A stretch of 64,000 bases of DNA from Lytechinus pictus. Taxonomy: Eukaryota. Below are positions 30,001 through 41,562 of this stretch, piece by piece. The first letter of the stretch is position 1, and the number at the start of each line of letters is the position of its first letter. Made by a program: the position numbers and the translations under genes. The stretch is taken from assembly GCF_037042905.1 (NCBI RefSeq), contig NC_087246.1, positions 4,590,001 to 4,654,000 on the forward strand, given 5' to 3'. A model generated the notes under the pieces. It worked only from the letters and a program-made list of their open reading frames with translations. It was not told the origin of the DNA and ran no database searches.

Positions 30001-30237
30001 AACGGGGACGATCCCAATTTTCTGACCAGCGCCTCTACTGGTCACGGGCGTCGAGCTGAGCCTGAGTGGTTCCATTCGATACTTCGATTGATTAAATTAA
30101 ATTTACTCACTGTCCACAAAATCTTTACATTCTTCTTTCAATTCTGTCGTCTGGCTTTGAATTTCAGGTTCCAATACTCGTATTTTGTTTAAGTCATCAA
30201 AGTGCAAACCAGCATTTGCAAGAGCTTCGTCAGCCAT
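24027..30237 (-). CDS. IFT20: Intraflagellar transport protein 20; exons 30237-30111, 27599-27514, 24737-24634, 24108-24027 (132 aa)
   Basis: Spliced translation [132 protein letters not shown]. 399 nt including the stop; all introns GT-AG. Confidence 0.97.
25522..25562 (-). ncRNA. Minimal hammerhead-ribozyme-like motif, sense to the Penelope ORF
   Basis: Exact reverse complement of 26246-26286. Confidence 0.65.
26246..26286 (+). ncRNA. Minimal hammerhead-ribozyme-like motif (variant core) in the Penelope pseudo-LTR
   Basis: TCAC-TTGATAAA-GAGT-tgcagcggc-ACTC-GAAA-GCTC-GTGA: stem I, variant core, stem II, GAAA and a short stem III. Confidence 0.65.
27110..27290 (-). mobile_element. Degenerate copy of the tRNA-derived SINE
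   Basis: Similar to 19930-20102 (GCTTGAGCATTCAAGGAAT..., TTGAACCC...GTTCAAAGT.CAGAGAC). Confidence 0.55.
28500..28990. repeat. Polypyrimidine low-complexity (TTTC/TTC) tract
   Basis: Directly visible; it produces Phe-rich spurious ORFs. Confidence 0.9.
29631..30040. mobile_element. Unclassified MITE in IFT20 intron 1
   Basis: ~38-bp imperfect TIR CAGTAGAGGCGCTGGTC..AAAATTGGGAT.GTCCC; apparent 5-bp TSD GTCAC at 29626-29630 and 30041-30045. Confidence 0.75.
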
Positions 30238-30243
30238 GGTAAC
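30229..30243 (-). promoter_or_regulatory. RFX X-box-like motif overlapping the IFT20 start codon
   Basis: Minus strand GTTACCATGGCTGAC: one perfect and one degenerate X-box half-site. IFT genes are established RFX targets. Confidence 0.45.
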
Positions 30244-30467
30244 TGCGACTAGTAAATGGTAGGCACTTATGATCCAAGTTTGAAAGGAGACTCGTAAAAT
30301 GACGTCAGTCTCGCCGATGAATATTCATTAGATCGTGGTCGTGCGTGTTCAATACACACTGCGTGCAGGCATGCAGATAGTTATATGCGAGGAACTTTGG
30401 CTCCAGAGACAAGTTGTCAAATAACGTGTGTGTGTACCATCGGCTGGTAGTATGCCATGCTGTCTAA

Positions 30468-31020
30468 TACCCTTTTTACACAGGATTTTCTTAGCCCCGG
30501 ACTATCGCTAACCCCGTACTATCCTTAACCCCGTACTATTTTTTTTCCTTTTTACACATGCCAAATTGTTATTGCTAACCCCGGATAAGGAATGCTTGCT
30601 TTTCACACACGAAACTCGCTAACCCCGGACTAGTGGTTTTTGTCGACCATTCGTAGTACAAGTACTTCACTCGTACCTTTTTACACACGCTACAATTTCC
30701 TTAACCCCGTACTATAGGTGGGGCCAAATTGCCATTTAGCCCCACCTATAGTACGGGGTTAAGCTTAGCCCACTTTCGTTTTACACTAGCGATCTTAACC
30801 CCGTACTATCGCTCTTAGCACCGCAATTGCTGGGATAACCCTGCTTTTTTGCAGGGCCAAATAGTCCCGTACTAAAGGTGGGGTTAGCCCACTTTGCAAA
30901 AATGCTGTGTAAAAAGAAAGTGGGCTAAGCTTAACCCCGTACTATAGGTGGGGCTAAATGGCAATTTAGCCCCACCTATAGTACGGGGTTAAGGAAATTT
31001 TAGCGTGTGTAAAAAGGGTA
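30468..31020. mobile_element. PIF/Harbinger-type MITE (TAACCCCGTACTAT family) in the left foldback arm
   Basis: TIR TACCCTTTTTACAC/GTGTAAAAAGGGTA, TSD TAA at 30465-30467 and 31021-31023. Absent from the right arm. Confidence 0.85.
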
Positions 31021-31440
31021 TAAGACTTCAAACGCGTCGGAGAGAGTGCATGGCAATTCGGTAAAACGAAGTTTCCGATATAAAGAGATAATAAAATAAC
31101 ACTGTACAGTAGGCCCGGGGGGCCACTTATATTGACGAGTGGATACCATGCACGACCAAAAAAACACGTAAAAAGGATGTCTTTTTCAAGAGAGGGCACG
31201 TTACGTACGTAACGTGATAAGGGTGTCAAAAACACAAAAATATTGAACAAAGGGTATCTATTTCCAGTACGTTGAGAGGCAAATGTCAGATCAGGGGAGG
31301 CAGGAGTACAATCAGGTTTTTTTAAAGGGAAGAATAGTGTAGAATAAAAGGTATTATATATAGCAAATTGATCTAGGTGAGGGAAGCTTAAGTGAACAAT
31401 GATGTTTTTAAAAAAAAGAATGAATATACCTTACCTGAAT

Positions 31441-33849
31441 ATTATGGTGAAGCCAATTTAAAAGGAGGTGAGACAAGTTTCAATGGAGGTTTTAAAAAAG
31501 AATAAACTGTATTATGGTGAAGCCAATTTAAAAGGAGGTGAGGCAAGTTTTAATGGAGGTTTTTAAAAAGAATAAACTGTACTACAAATTATGGTGAAGC
31601 CAATTTAAAAGGAGGTGAGGCAAGTTTTAATGGAGGTTTTTAAAAAGAATAAACAGTATTATGGTGAAGCCAATTTAAAAGGATGTGAGGCAAGTTTCAA
31701 TGGAGGTTTTTAAAAAGAATAAACTGTATATGGTGAAGCCAATTTAAAAGGAGGTGAGGCAAGTTTCAATGGAGGTTTTTAAAACGAATAAACTGTATTA
31801 TGGTGAAGCCAATTTAAAAGGAGGTGAGGCAAGTTTCAATGGAGGTTTTTAAAAAGAATAAACTGTATTATGGTGAAGCCAATTTAAAAGGAGGTGAGGC
31901 AAGTTTCAATGGAGGTTTTTAAAACGAATAAACTGTATATATGGTGAAGCCAATTTAAAAGGAGGTGAGGCAAGTTTCAATGGAGGTTTTTAAAAAGAAT
32001 AAACTGTATTATGGTGAAGCCAGTTTAAAAGGAGGTGAGGCAAGTTTCAATGGAAGTTTTTAAAAAAGAATAAACTGTACTACAAATTTAAAAGGAGCTG
32101 GCGAGGCAAGTTTCAATTGAGGTTTTTAAAAAAGAATAAACTGTACTACAAATTATGGTGAAGCCAATTCAAAAGGAGGTGAGGCAAGTTTCAATGGAGG
32201 TTTTACAAAAAGAATAAACTGTACTACAAATTATGGTGAAGCCAATTTAAAAGGAGGTGAGGCAAGTTTCAATGGAGGTTTTTAAAAAAGAATAAACTGT
32301 ACTACAAATTATGGTGAAGCCAATTCAAAAGGAGGTGAGGCTAGTTTCAATGGAGGTTTAAAAAAATAAACTGTATTATGGTGAAGCCAATTTAAAAGAA
32401 GGTGAGGCAAGTTTCAATTGAGGTTTTTTTAAAGAATAAACTGTACTACAAATTTGAAAGGAGGTGAGGCAAGTTTCAATGGAGGTTTTTAAAAAGAATA
32501 CATGTATTACAAGTTATGGTGAAGCCAATTTAAAAGGAGGTGATCGAGGCAAGCCTCAATGGAGGTTTTTGAAAAGAATAAACTGTATTATGGTGAAGCC
32601 AATTTAAAAGGAGGTGAGGCAAGTTTCAATGGAGGTTTTAAAAAAAATAAACTGTACTACAAATTTAAAAGGAGGTGAGGCAAGTTTCAATGGAGGTTTA
32701 TAAAAAAGAATAAACTGTACTATAAATTATGGTGAAGCCAATTCAAAAGGAGGTGAGGCAAGTTTCAATGGAGGGTTTAAAAAAAGAATAAACTGTACTA
32801 CAAATTATGGTGAAGCCGATTTAAAAGGAGGTGAGGCAAGTTTCAATGGAGGTTTTTAAAAAGAATAAACTGTATTACAAGTTATGGTGAAGGCAATTTA
32901 AAAGGAGGCGAGGCAAGTCCGTTTTTAAAAAGAATAAACTACTACAAATTATGGTGAAGCCAATTTAAAAGGAGGTGAGGCAAGTTTTAATGGAGATTTT
33001 TTAAAAGAATAAACTGTACTAAATTTGAAAGGAGGTGAGGCAAGTTTCAATTGAGGTTTTTAAAAAGAATAAACTGTACTACAAATTTGAAAGGAGGTGA
33101 GGCAAGTTTCAATGGAGGTTTTTAAAAAGAATAAACTGTACTACAAATTATGGTGAAGCCAATTTAAAAGGAGGTGAGGCAAGCCTCAATGGAGGTTTAA
33201 AAAAAAGAATTAACTGTACTACAAATTATGGTGAAGCCAATTTAAAAGGAGGTGAGGCAAGCCTCAATGGAGGTTTTTAAAAAGAATAAACTGTATTATG
33301 GTGAAGCCAATTTAAAAGGAGGTGAGGCAAGTTTCAATGGAGGTTTTAAAAAATAAACTGTATTATGGTGAAGCCAATTTAAAAGGAGGTGAGGCAAGTT
33401 TCAATGGAGGTTTTAAAAAAAGAATTAACTGTACTACAAATTATGGTGAAGCCAATTTAAAAGGAGGTGAGGCAAGCCTCAATGGAGGTTTTTAAAAAGA
33501 ATAAACTGTATTACGGTGAAGCCAATTTAAAAGGAGGTGAGGCAAGTTTCAATGGAGGTTTTAAAAAATAAACTGTATTATGGTGAAGCCAATTTAAAAG
33601 GAGGTGAGGCAAGTTTCAATTGAGGTTTTTTAAAAGAATAAACTGTACTACAAATTTGAAAGGAGGTGAGGCAAGTTTCAATGGAGGTTTTTAAAAAGAA
33701 TAAACTGTACTACAAATTTAAAAGGAGGCGAGGCAAGTTTCAATGGAGGTTTTTAAAAAATAATAAACTGTACTACAAATTATGGTGAAGCCAATTTAAA
33801 AGGAGGTGAGGCAAGTTTCAATGGAGGTTTTAAAAAAAGAATAAACTGT
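31441..33849 (+). repeat. Tandem array, 62-70-bp unit (TTATGGTGAAGCCAATTTAAAAGGAGGTGAGGCAAGTTTCAATGGAGGTTTTTAAAAAGAATAAACTGTA[CTACAAA]), with some shorter variants
   Basis: Directly visible, roughly 35-40 units; inner domain of the left foldback arm. Confidence 0.97.
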
Positions 33850-34196
33850 CGGGAGATAAAATTAGCCACACAAGCTGGAATAAGCCTCCTGCAACCATTT
33901 CAAGAAGGCAGAACATAATCTTGTATATAGTTGTTAAACAATCCATATTCACATTTTGTATGGTGAAGATTAGCTTTTTCTTGAAAGAGCTGAACTTTTA
34001 AGTAAAGGTTGCAAAACTATGCTTCTACCCCTTTTGTCATTGGTGTGATGTAGTTAAATGTTCAACTTGTAATGAACTTATTGAAACAAGGTATAACTAC
34101 ACAATCACAGAGTAGACCTAATACAAATCAAATATTTTTTTCACAAGAGATACTGTTATGGAGTAATTTAGTACTGTTTTACAACAATTACATTAA

Positions 34197-34788
34197 AGGA
34201 CAAGTCCACCCCAACAAAAAGTTGATTTGAATAAAAAGAGAAAAAATCAACAAGCATAACACTGAAAATTTCATCAAAATCGGATGTAAAATAAGAAAGT
34301 TATGACATTTTTAAGTTTTGCTTAATTAAAAAAAACAGTTATATGCACATCCTGGTCTGTATGCACCTGAGGAGACTGATGACGTCATCCTCTCACTATT
34401 TCTTTTGTATTTTATTATAGGAAATATGAAATATTCTAATTTTCTCCTCAATGTCAAGTGATACAACGATTAATTCCTCCCTGAACATGTGGAATTAGCT
34501 TTGTTTAATACTATATGGTTCAGTCAAGTTGGTCCTTATTGTCAAATGTATAGAAAATGAAATATTGTATAATTCAAACAGTAAAAAACAAACGAAATAG
34601 TGAGTGATTGACATCATCGACTGACTCACCTTGTTGTGTATATCACTGTTTTGTCAAAAATAAGCGAAACTTTCAAATGTCAAAACTTTCTTATTCTACG
34701 TTTGATTTTGATGAAATTTTCAGCATTATGCAAGTTTGAATTTTCTCTATTTATTCAAGTCAGCATTTTCCTGGGGTGGACTTGACCT
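34197..34788. mobile_element. Kolobok-type MITE (AGG...CCT ends, TTAA TSD)
   Basis: TTAA|AGGACAAGTCCACCCC...GGGGTGGACTTGACCT|TTAA. A related copy lies at 62852-63417. Confidence 0.8.
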
Positions 34789-35399
34789 TTAAGCTGCCAA
34801 CTGCCTTAAAGAAATACCTGTTTTACACAAATTGCATAGTCATTGAATATTTACTAGAAAAAGTCACAAACAGTGTCCCAGGGTATAAATTAATTTCATA
34901 AGAAGAAAATAAAGAATGCTTGTAAAAATACCAATCTTGCTATCACATAAAAAATAAATTGTTTATAATATGAAAGAGAAACAGCACAGCATTGATCTTC
35001 ACCTGGATTTGCATAATGTGAATGGTGACGCATCATCAAAGGAGATAATGCTTTATTTATTAGATCTAGCCTTTTGACAAGGCAGCATGACTTCTTCAAG
35101 TAGTGGCTAAAATAAGGTTAGTTTGACGAAGAAGAGAAATGGCAAAACCTGCGGACACATGCGAGATCAAGCAACTTCAGTTGCGAAGCCTTATAAATTT
35201 TTGCTTTTACTGCAAGCACTATGAATTATCCATGAGCATGCCGATGCGCCGATTCACACTTTTGATGCCCGATGTCATGAGACATCAGGCAATGAAATAC
35301 ATGTTATATCAGACATGGAGCTTTGTCTAAAGTCTATGTTAGATCTGCTCTGATCATGGAAGCAAAAGTTGTACTGCTAGGAAGACAAATTACAAGATA

Positions 35400-35845
35400 A
35401 AAACAATTTTCGATGTTTATTTTACTTTTCAATAAATTTATTATATATTTCTAGAATTAATTATCTTATGTTTATTGCTTTTTGTTGCCATTCATATTCT
35501 TACTGCAAAGAAAATACAATATTTGAAACGATTATCTGTTTCTTAACTGGTCAATAAATTTCTTATATATTTCTCTAATTAATTATCTTCTGTTTATTAT
35601 TTTTTGCGATTCATAGAAAACTCATAATGTAAAAAAAATATTGAAAACCATTTTCTATGTTTATTTACTGTTCCATAAATTTCTTATATATTTCTCTCGA
35701 TAATTATCTTCTGTTTACTGGGTTTTTTTGGCCATTCATAGAAAACTTACTATGAAAGAGAGAGAAAAAAAATTGAAAATGATTTTTATATTCATTTACT
35801 GTTCAATAAATTTCTATATATTTGTCTAATTATCTTCTGTTTACT
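35400..35845. repeat. AT-rich tandem repeat (~120-130-bp unit, about 4 copies)
   Basis: Recurring CAATAAATTTCTTATATATTTCTCTAATTAATTATCTTCTGTTTA. Confidence 0.7.
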
Positions 35846-36329
35846 GAGTGTTTATTTTTTTTTGGGGGGGAGGAGGGGGTGCTGGAACCTTCTTTATAAA
35901 CATGATATGATTTTTTTTTAAAATTAGTACGAGTATAAATAATGATACATTAATTTTTGGCAAGTAACAGAATCTGTATTGTGTCTGTACATGAAGTCAT
36001 GCTTTTGAGCAATTTTTGGTCTTGCATGCATATGTATAGCATGCTGAAATGTTGCTAAAATCCTTTGGTCATGGCCATTTGACAATGGCAAGGAGAGCAT
36101 TTATTAATGAAAACTTAGCAAATGGTCCATCCTATGTTGAAATATAATGTATCAATACATTAAACTGTTAAAGATATCAAGATATTGAATTTCCCCCAAA
36201 ATGTATCCTCATGATATTGAGTGCCCCCTTATGGTCTAATATCTATTAATTTTTCTCACGAAATGAATACATTTTTAGATAAGATGGCAGAAATTTGAGA
36301 TACTGGTTGAAAAATTAAAATCACTTTAT

Positions 36330-36995
36330 TTAAAAACAATTGTGTCGCTAAGGCACGCTCATAATACGCCCCACCTGTAACACGGAAAATAGAGTAATTG
36401 GTCCAGCAAGAAATGAGAAAGGTGGTGACTTCACCTTTTACCTTCTGACCTCAAAATCAATAGATTTCCTGGGATCTATGGTAGCATAATATACGTAAAA
36501 TTATATGAGCCTAGCTAGGTTAAGCTAAACTGAAGTTATTTCCTAAACAAGGACTTGAGAAGGGTAGGATGAAAACATGTCATTGTAACCTTGACCTTTT
36601 TACCTTAAAATCGTTATGCTTTCTCCATGCTAGTATCATACACACCAAATATATGAGCCTAGGTAAAGTTAAACTGAAGTTATTCCGTTTACAAAGACTG
36701 CAGAAGGGTAAGATGAAAACATGTCATTGTGACCTTGACCTTTGACCTTAAAATCAATAAGCTTCCTGGGATCCATGCTAGTATCATACACACCAAATTA
36801 TATGACTTAAGGTTAAGTTAAACTGAAGTTATCACAGAAGAGTATGTCAGTTTGACCTTGGACCACAAAATCAATAGGCTTCCTGGGATCCATGCTGGTA
36901 TTATACACACCAAATTATAAGAGCCTATATAGGTTAAGTTAAACTGAAGCTAACACATTTACAGGTTGATGGATGGTCAGACATGGAACTTGATA
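36330..36995 (-). mobile_element. HINE-like repeat with tandem GACCTTGACC/GGGATCCATGCTAG units
   Basis: About 4 tandem units with a terminal GATG/GACA-type microsatellite remnant. Confidence 0.5.
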
Positions 36996-37352
36996 TCATA
37001 ATTTGTCCCATAGGACTGCTAAGAAAATATTTATAAAAAAATGTTGTTATGCTCACTCTAACCGATCATACTCAAAGCAATCACCACCTACTGACATTTA
37101 AAAAAACAACATTACCATAGAAATATGTAACTGTAATGCTAACAATGTACCAATCATAAGTTAAAGTAGAGTTAAGATAATTTTTACTACAGCAAACAAT
37201 TGAAGGTCAAACCCTATAGGCAGGCCCATAGTCAGACACCATACTTTGGTTTCCTCAGGTATATACACGTTATTGTTTACATAAAAAAAAGATAATTGTG
37301 TGATATGCAAAAAAATGATCACAATAAAAGGCAAGCTCCTGGGCCTAAAGAT

Positions 37353-38144
37353 TAAACACGACAAAAGCGATTTTGTGTCTCGCCCACTTATGAAGATAAC
37401 CAGAAATATGGTGTTTTGCGAGGGCACGCAACAGAATTATATCGAAACTTGATTGTGAAATGACTGGGCTGCAATAACACTTGTCATAAGAGTCTTGCAA
37501 GTAAACTTTAATGTTGACCTCAATCTTACCATGTCCTGTAAGTACATCTACCATCCAAGTTTGGTTGAAAGTGATTTACGGTTGCAGAGTTATGTGTCAT
37601 AAAGAGTCTTGCACGGAAACTTTAACATTGACCTGAAAATGAACTTTGACCTAACCATGTGACCTCCGACTGCAGCATAACATGCAGATCTCCTAAGTAC
37701 ATTGACCATCTAAGTTTGGTTGAAAAGTGACTTGTGGTTGTGGAGTCAGGTGTCATAAGAGAGTCTTGCATGTAAACTTCAGCTTTGACCTGAAAATGAC
37801 CTTTGACCTTACCATGTGACCTCTGACTGCAGCATAACATGCAAGTCTCCTAAGTACATCAACCATCCAAGTTTGGTTCAAAAGTGACTTGCTGTTGCGG
37901 AGTTAGGTGTCATAAGAGGGCCTTGCATGTAAACTTCAGCGTTGACCTGAAAATGACCTTTGACCTTACCATGTGACCTCCGACTGCAGCCTAACGTGCA
38001 AGTCTCTTAAGTACATCTACCATCCAAGTTTGGTTGAAAAGTGACTTATGGTTGTGGAGTTTTGTGTCATAAGGTTCGTGACAGATGGACAGACGATATA
38101 TGGATCTTTAAGTCTCGCCTTCACGTCTGGTGGGTGAGATAAAA
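37353..38144 (-). mobile_element. Second HINE family with ~160-bp tandem units
   Basis: GTCTCGCC sub-terminal repeats, terminal hairpin next to an A-run, (GACA/GATG) microsatellite, tandem ACCATGTGACCTCCGACTGCAGC units. Confidence 0.65.
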
Positions 38145-38425
38145 TAAAAGTCTGAAAATCATCTAGTGGAAATCATTTAGTTCCCCAAAAAAAAATATGC
38201 GTGAAAGTCTGAATTTGGACTTCAGCCTGAAAAGTTACAGCTATGCAAGCTTGATTATTAATCATTTTGATGGCAAACAACTATAGTAGAAGAACATCTA
38301 GCCTAAGACGTTCAGGGATTTTGACTTTACAGAGTAAATGCCATCAAACCTCCATATATAGCAAGTTCACATTCTAGCGTATGATAATGTACATCTCTTA
38401 CAAAACTTAAGTAAACTAAAGCAAG

Positions 38426-38596
38426 TTACTTGTAGAGAGCAGTGCAAATGGGGCATATGTAGTCATCCTTTGCCTGTGGTGGCTTTGCAAGTGAAACACA
38501 ATGCAAGTGCTACCATCTTCCACAGTCTTTGTAAAAACATCATTGTGCACTTGCCTCACCTCCTCTCAAGTTGGCTTCACCATAATATTTATGACA
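38426..38596 (-). pseudogene. Decayed PHD-finger coding remnant
   Basis: Minus-strand frame CHKYYGEANLRGGEASAQ*CFYKDCGRW*HLHCVSLAKPPQAKDDYICPICTALYK*: C...C-x4-C-x4-H-x2-C...Y-x-C-x2-C spacing with two in-frame stops. Confidence 0.65.
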
Positions 38597-41145
38597 CTAA
38601 TTATTCTATTTAACAACCTCAATTGAAACTTGCCTCACCTCCTTTTAAATTGGCTTCACCATAATTTGTAGTACAGTTTATTCTTTTTAAAAACCTCCAT
38701 TGAAACTTGCCTCACCTCCTTTCAAATTTGTAGTACAGTTTATTCTTTTTAAAAACCTCAATTGAAACTTGCCTCACCTCCTTTTAAATTGGCTTCACCA
38801 TAATACAGTTTATTTTTTTAAACCTCCATTGAAACTTGCCTCACCTCCTTTTGAATTGGCTTCACCATAATTTGTAGTACAGTTTATTCTTTTTAAAAAC
38901 CTCTATTGAAACTTGCGTCGCCTCCTTTTAAATTTGTAGTACAGTTTATTCTTTTTAAAAACCTCCATTGAAACTTGCCTCACCTCCTTTTAAATTGGCT
39001 TCACCATAATTTGTAGTACAGTTTATTCTTTTTAAAAACCTCTATTGAAACTTGCGTCGCCTCCTTTTAAATTTGTAGTACAGTTTATTCTTTTTAAAAA
39101 ACCTCCATTGAAACTTGCCTCACCTCCTTTTAAATTGGCTTCACCATAATTTGTAGTACAGTTTATTCTTTTTAAAAACCTCTATTGAAACTTGCGTCGC
39201 CTCCTTTTAAATTTGTAGTACAGTTTATTCTTTTTAAAAAACCTCCATTGAAACTTGCCTCACCTCCTTTTAAACTGGCTTCACCATAATACAGTTTATT
39301 CTTTTTAAAAACCTCCATTAAAACTTGCATCACCTCCTTTTAAATTGGCTTCACCATATATACAGTTTATTCTTTTAAAAAACCTCCATTGAAACTTGCC
39401 TCACCTCCTTTTAAATTGGCTTCCCAGGACCAAAATCCAGTTGAAACCAATTAGAGCAAAACAAATTGAAACCAGTTGGCCAACTGGTTTCATACAATAG
39501 GGAAATTGGAACAACTGGTTCCAGTTAAAACCAATTGGGCAACTGGAACCAGTTGGCAATTGGTTCCAGTTGAAAACAATTAAGCAACCAGTTGGCAACT
39601 GGTTTCAATTGGTTCCAGTTGTTCCAATTTCCCTATTAAAACCAGTTGAAACCAATTGGAGGCAACTGGTTTCAACTGGAACCAGTTGAAACTAATTGGT
39701 TTCCAACTGGATCCAATTGGAACTTCCAGTTGGAATGACTTAATTAGTTACAAATTAATTAGATTTTGCACTAACTATTGCTCATGCCAAAAAAGAAGCA
39801 GTGCTATATGTCTATAATACCAATGTAAAGGGCATTGATAAATAGACTTTCATAGTGTATATATATTACATGAAAGATCTTCAAATATATGTATTTGTAT
39901 TTGATGTAATTTGGTAACAGTTAGTGGTGTACTAATTATCTTATAATCTGTTTTAATTATAATCTATGACATTTATGAACATGGTTTTCACTGCTATAAG
40001 CATTCTAAACACTTATCTGAAACAAGTATGGTACTTGAAATAGAAAATAATTAAATAGATACATTTTAAATGATGATGAATCACATAAAACATTAATCCG
40101 TGCACACTGGCAGATAATATGCAAATTAACTGGTTTCAATTGGAACCAGTTGGGTAACTGGAAAATTTCCAATTGGAAACCAATTGGAAGTCATTTCCAG
40201 TTACCCAACTGGATCCAGTTAGGATTTCCAGTTACCCAACTGGTTCCAGTTAGGATTTCCAGTTACCCAACTGGTTCCAGTTAGGATTTCCAGTTACCCA
40301 ACTGGTTCCAGTTAGAAATCATTTCCAGTTGGAAGTCATTTCCAGTTACCCAACTGGTTCCAGTTAGGATTTACAGTTACTCAATTGGTTCCAGTTAGAA
40401 ATCATTTCCAGTTGGAAGTCATTTCCAGTTACCCAACTGGTTCCAGTTAGGATTTCCAGTTACCCAACTGGTTCCAGTTAGAAATCATTTCCAGTTGGAA
40501 GTCATTTCCAGTTACCCAACTGGTTCCAGTTAGGATTTTCAGTTGCCCAACTGGTTCCAGTTAGGATTTCCAGTTGCCCAACTGGTTTCAATTGGTTTCA
40601 ACCTGGAAATTGTTATATTCCAGTTAAAACCAATTGAAACCAGTTGAAACCAATTGAAACCAATTGAAACCAGTTGGAAATCCAACTGGTTTCAATTGGA
40701 TTTTGGTCCTGGGTTCACCATAATACAGTTTATTCTTTTTAAAAACCTCCATTAAAACTTGCCTCACCTCCTTTTAAATTGGCTTCACCATAATTTGTAG
40801 TACAGCTTTCTTTTTTAAAAACCTCCATTGAAACTTGCCTCGCCTCCTTTTAAATTTGTACAGTTTATTCTTTTTGAAAACCTCAATTGAAACTTGCCTC
40901 ACCTCCTTTTAAATTGGCTTCACCATAATTTGTAGTACAGTTTATTCTTTTTAAAAACCTCCATTGAAACTTGCCTCACCTCCTTTTAAATTGGCTTCAC
41001 CATAATACAGTTTATTCTTTTTAAAAACCTCCATTATAACTTGATCACCTCCTTTTAAATTGGCTTCACCATAATACAGTTTATTCTTTTTTTAAACCTC
41101 CATTGAAACTTGTCTCACCTCCTTTTAAATTGGCTTCACCATAAT
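38548..41145 (-). repeat. Inverted copy of the 62-70-bp tandem array (right arm), split by an insertion at 39423-40713
   Basis: Reverse complement of the 31441-33849 unit. Confidence 0.95.
39423..40713. mobile_element. CMC/EnSpm-type non-autonomous element (CCCAG ends, 2-bp TSD)
   Basis: TIR CCCAGGACCAAAATCCA(G/A)TTGAAACCA; TT duplicated inside a satellite unit (GGCTT|...|TTCACC); dense CCAGTT/AACTGG sub-terminal repeats. Confidence 0.85.
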
Positions 41146-41562
41146 ATTCAGGTAAGGTATATTCATTCTTTTTTTTAAAAACATCATTGTTCACTTCCCT
41201 CACCTAGATCATTTGGCTATATATAATACATTTTATTCTACACTATTCTTCCCTTTAAAAAAACCTGATTGTACTCCTGCCTCCCCTGATCTGACATTTG
41301 CCTCTCAACGTACTGGAAATAGATACCCTTTTTTCAATATTTTTGTGTTTTTGACACCCTTATCACGTTACGTACGTAACGTGCCCTCTGTTGAAAAAGA
41401 CATCCTTTTTACGTGTTTTTTTGGTCGCGCATGGTATCCACTCGTCAATATAAGTGGCCCCCCCGGGCCTACTGTACATAGTGTTATTTTATTATCTCTT
41501 TATATCGGAAACTTCGTTTTACCGAATTGCCATGCACTCTCTCCGACGCGTTTGAAGTCTTA

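Noticed and set aside
30245..30253. GCGACTAGT shared between the IFT20 upstream flank and the TIR of element 8777-14712
   Set aside because: A 9-bp match is compatible with chance.
31441..33849. Regular array resembling a CRISPR locus
   Set aside because: Units are contiguous with no unique spacers, there are no cas genes, and the context is eukaryotic. It is a satellite.
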